Shown piece after piece: positions 61,178-64,000 of a stretch of DNA of 64,000 bases. The stretch lies in contig CACJKA010000006.1 in assembly GCA_902593945.1 (NCBI GenBank), forward strand, positions 3,471 to 67,470, given 5' to 3'. Position numbers and translations under genes: made by a program. Origin of the DNA: an uncultured Candidatus Poseidoniales archaeon (GTDB lineage Archaea; Thermoplasmatota; Poseidoniia; Poseidoniales; Thalassarchaeaceae). Position 1 is the stretch's first letter. Each line of letters starts with the position of its first letter. Under the pieces are notes generated by a model that saw nothing but the letters and a program-made list of their open reading frames with translations, searched no databases and was not told the DNA's origin.

Positions 61178-62830
61178 ATGGCCAATTTTCGCGATTATAC
61201 TCGTAGATTAACAACCCTCAAAGCTCGTCGTAATATGTTGATTGGAGCCTTCTGGATTCTACTAATTCTTTTAATTTCTACAATAGCTGCAACATATGTT
61301 ACGGACGGTCAAACTCAACAATCGGCATATGGTGATGACTGGAACGATCTTGGTTTGTTTAGAGCTGAAATAAATAGCATGGGAGTTGATACAACTGCAT
61401 TAGTTTCGAGCCCCCTATTATTGAGTGAGATAGATCATCCTGAGGAAGCTATTTTCGTTATATCTGGTGTAGAGAAAGATACTATTTCATTGCCTAGGTT
61501 TACAGGTGATGAGAATGTAATTGAATTATCAGAGGGTTCGGGTTATACGACTTCTGAGATTATTGCTATAGATGAATTCGTTGAAGCAGGTGGCACCGTA
61601 CTTTTGATGGATGATAAAGGATACTCTTCAACTTTAGCAGAAAAGTTTGGATTAGAGTTCTCAGGTCATACCTTATATGACGGAGAAGCATATGCTACAG
61701 AATTAGATTACAATTTCATTTGGGTAAATACTACATCAGCCTTTAATTTCACTACTAATTCCGGTTCTTTATCAAGTATTCATCCATGCCTCAGAGATAC
61801 AGATACTGACGGATTTATTGATTTACTAGATACTGACCCTTATGATATTACAACATTCCCTGCAGGAATTACTAGGGAAGATGCCGGATTGTGTTCTCAC
61901 AGGTGGATATCAGAAACACAATGGGATTTTTCTGAGAATTATAATTTGTTAACTAATCAACCATCTGCTTTCAATGCAGGTTCTTATAACCCTGTAGAAA
62001 ATAGATATGATATAGGAAAATCTACTCTTGATTCATATTTAGATACTAATGATGATGGGAATCTCACGATTGGTTCTTCTGCCTTTGGGATCGATGGGGA
62101 TGAGGTAGGCCCATTTGCTGTTTATGTTCGTTACTGTGCAGATCGTTTGTGTGTAGGAGCAGATTCAGGAAGGGTGCATTTTGTTGCCGATGGTTCAATA
62201 TTAACTAATTCATTGTATGATGATGCATTCTATTCCGGAGTCGACGACGTCGTTCCTTCGAATGACAATCGGAAGTGGGCACTGGACATTATTGCTGAGT
62301 CGTTATTGATTGGAAATTCAAGCGCAAAAAGTTCATCTAATGCGATAGTCATTTTCGATGAATCAAGACATCAACAACCTACATTATTTGGAGATACATA
62401 TAACTTAATGTATTATTTATTGATTTATTTTACTAACGATTGGATGGCAATGTTACTACTATTCCTTGGTTTATTTATTACTTTAGAAGCAGTCCTAATA
62501 CGAAAAGAAGATCCTGAAAATTGGCGGCATGTATTCAGGATAATTTACTATGGTTTTGGAGATGCTAGAAGATATGAGTATTATCAAAAACCAGAAAAAA
62601 TAAGGCAGGTATTACTTACGAGAATAAGAAATCTAAACACTCTATCAAGAGAAGAATTCGATGCACTTCCAGCTGCTGAATTACAAAGAATGATTGATGA
62701 TCAAGTATTAACTAAATTCATTTTTGAAGATAGAAGATATAAGCCAGATGAATTAGTTGGAATTGTGAAGAGAATCAAGGAGTGGGGTTCAACGAATTCT
62801 GAAGAGGAGGTAGAATATGTGGACTCGTAA
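61178..62830 (+). CDS. DUF4350-like membrane protein
   Basis: N-terminal TM; FVEAGGTVLLMDD; VADGSILTN; IFDESRH; second TM. Confidence 0.75.
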   Translation: MANFRDYTRRLTTLKARRNMLIGAFWILLILLISTIAATYVTDGQTQQSAYGDDWNDLGLFRAEINSMGVDTTALVSSPLLLSEIDHPEEAIFVISGVEKDTISLPRFTGDENVIELSEGSGYTTSEIIAIDEFVEAGGTVLLMDDKGYSSTLAEKFGLEFSGHTLYDGEAYATELDYNFIWVNTTSAFNFTTNSGSLSSIHPCLRDTDTDGFIDLLDTDPYDITTFPAGITREDAGLCSHRWISETQWDFSENYNLLTNQPSAFNAGSYNPVENRYDIGKSTLDSYLDTNDDGNLTIGSSAFGIDGDEVGPFAVYVRYCADRLCVGADSGRVHFVADGSILTNSLYDDAFYSGVDDVVPSNDNRKWALDIIAESLLIGNSSAKSSSNAIVIFDESRHQQPTLFGDTYNLMYYLLIYFTNDWMAMLLLFLGLFITLEAVLIRKEDPENWRHVFRIIYYGFGDARRYEYYQKPEKIRQVLLTRIRNLNTLSREEFDALPAAELQRMIDDQVLTKFIFEDRRYKPDELVGIVKRIKEWGSTNSEEEVEYVDS

Positions 62831-64000
62831 AGCTGCTATCATTCTCACAAGTGGAATAAGCTTGATTTTGATAGGTATGATGATTTCAAATTTCCAATTA
62901 ATGATCGTGGGTTTGACATTCGTATCATTTTTAGCAATTAATGGGTGGATAGAGGGTCATTCTGATTTAGAGATTAAAAGAGAAGTTTCTGCTGTTAATG
63001 TCTACAAAGGAGATGACATAAATGTTGTACTAACGATAACAAATAAGTCATATCGACGTACACAACAGTTAGAGGTTTTTGATAATGTACCTCATGAGAT
63101 GAAAATGAGAAAAGGTGTCAATCTAATGAGAATGAATCTAGGACCAGGGCAAACTGCTACCATTCGCTATACTGTTCGCTGTCCATTAAGGGGGCACTAC
63201 ACAATAGGGCCTACATCTATTAGGTATAGAAACACGTTCAATCTATTTGTTTCAGAGACTAGTATTGGAGATAGATCAGATATCACTGTATTCCCACAAG
63301 TTAGAGATGTGGAAGAGGCTTTGATTCGTTCTGATGTTCCAAAGATGTATACTGGAGCCACAACTCTAAAAACACCAGGTCAAGGAATGGAATTTTATGC
63401 CTTGAGAGAATATTTCCCAGGGGACTCATTCCGTTCAATTAATTGGAAAGCTTTTGCTAGGACTGGAGAATTAATGGTAAATGAGAAGACTAGAGACGCA
63501 GTGACCGACGTTTTCATTATTCTTGATACTCGTGATGTAGCAAGAATTGGAACCGTTCTAAAGAATCCATTAGAAATGGGTACAGTAGCCGCTGCTTCAA
63601 TTGCTAATTATTTCATTAAGAGAAGAGATTCGGTTTCATTGGTTACCTATGGTGAAAGAATGGATTTTCTGCCTCCTGAAACCGGAGATAAGCAACATTA
63701 CAAAGTTCTAAGCCAATTGGCTGCAGTTGAATCGAAAGGAAGTATGCCTTTACAAGCAGTAACTAATGCTCTCTCTCCAAGGATTTCTCGAGGCTCTCCT
63801 GTGTTTATTATTAGTAGTCTTGAAGGAGATGGGACTACTTTATCTGCAATTAGAAATCTTTCAGGTAAGGGGCACGAGGTAATCGTTTTGTCTCCTAGTA
63901 GTATTGATCTTGAGAGGCTTGTAAGCAGAATTCCAAGGATGGCCTATGAAGTTTTAAAATTGGAAAGACAAAATCGATTAACAGCGATCTCAGGCTATGG
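62817..64000 (+). CDS. DUF58 domain protein (MoxR-associated, vWA-like), 3'-truncated
   Basis: Read by hand: MWTRKAAIILTSG..., GQGMEFYALREYFPGDSFRSINWKAFARTGELMVNE. GGAGGT SD upstream; frame open to the window end. Confidence 0.9.
   Translation, partial: MWTRKAAIILTSGISLILIGMMISNFQLMIVGLTFVSFLAINGWIEGHSDLEIKREVSAVNVYKGDDINVVLTITNKSYRRTQQLEVFDNVPHEMKMRKGVNLMRMNLGPGQTATIRYTVRCPLRGHYTIGPTSIRYRNTFNLFVSETSIGDRSDITVFPQVRDVEEALIRSDVPKMYTGATTLKTPGQGMEFYALREYFPGDSFRSINWKAFARTGELMVNEKTRDAVTDVFIILDTRDVARIGTVLKNPLEMGTVAAASIANYFIKRRDSVSLVTYGERMDFLPPETGDKQHYKVLSQLAAVESKGSMPLQAVTNALSPRISRGSPVFIISSLEGDGTTLSAIRNLSGKGHEVIVLSPSSIDLERLVSRIPRMAYEVLKLERQNRLTAISGY

Overview
AT-rich, gene-dense archaeal chromosome segment, most consistent with a marine Thermoplasmatota lineage (Marine Group II/III-like). 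The assignment is inferred from archaeal markers (aIF-1A-Rio1-Dim2 cluster, Hjc, CDC48/VAT, presenilin homologue, MC1, GGTGA Shine-Dalgarno sites) plus many large secreted proteins. In order: a ~15 kb cluster of large membrane-anchored surface proteins (PKD protein, a ~1465-aa repeat protein, an S8 protease, a COG1470/NEW3-like protein); a complex I-like operon without NuoEFG (A,B,C,D,H,I,J1,J2,K,L,M,N); ribosome biogenesis genes; a methylcrotonyl-CoA carboxylase (leucine catabolism) cluster; housekeeping genes; a mycobacterial Sdh1-type succinate dehydrogenase; an aldehyde dehydrogenase; CDC48; and DUF4350/DUF58 genes. No rRNA, tRNA, CRISPR or mobile element was seen. The strongest sequence-level discovery is that the nuo and sdh operons, 41 kb apart, share an identical 13-bp upstream motif (CACTTATTGCCCT) followed by a hairpin and a GTG at near-identical spacing. 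Other notable points are a heavily remodelled complex I (an ~80-aa insert in NuoI, a probable CUG start for nuoM), surface proteins with cytoplasmic Zn fingers, and an unannotated 37-aa CPxCG micro-protein.
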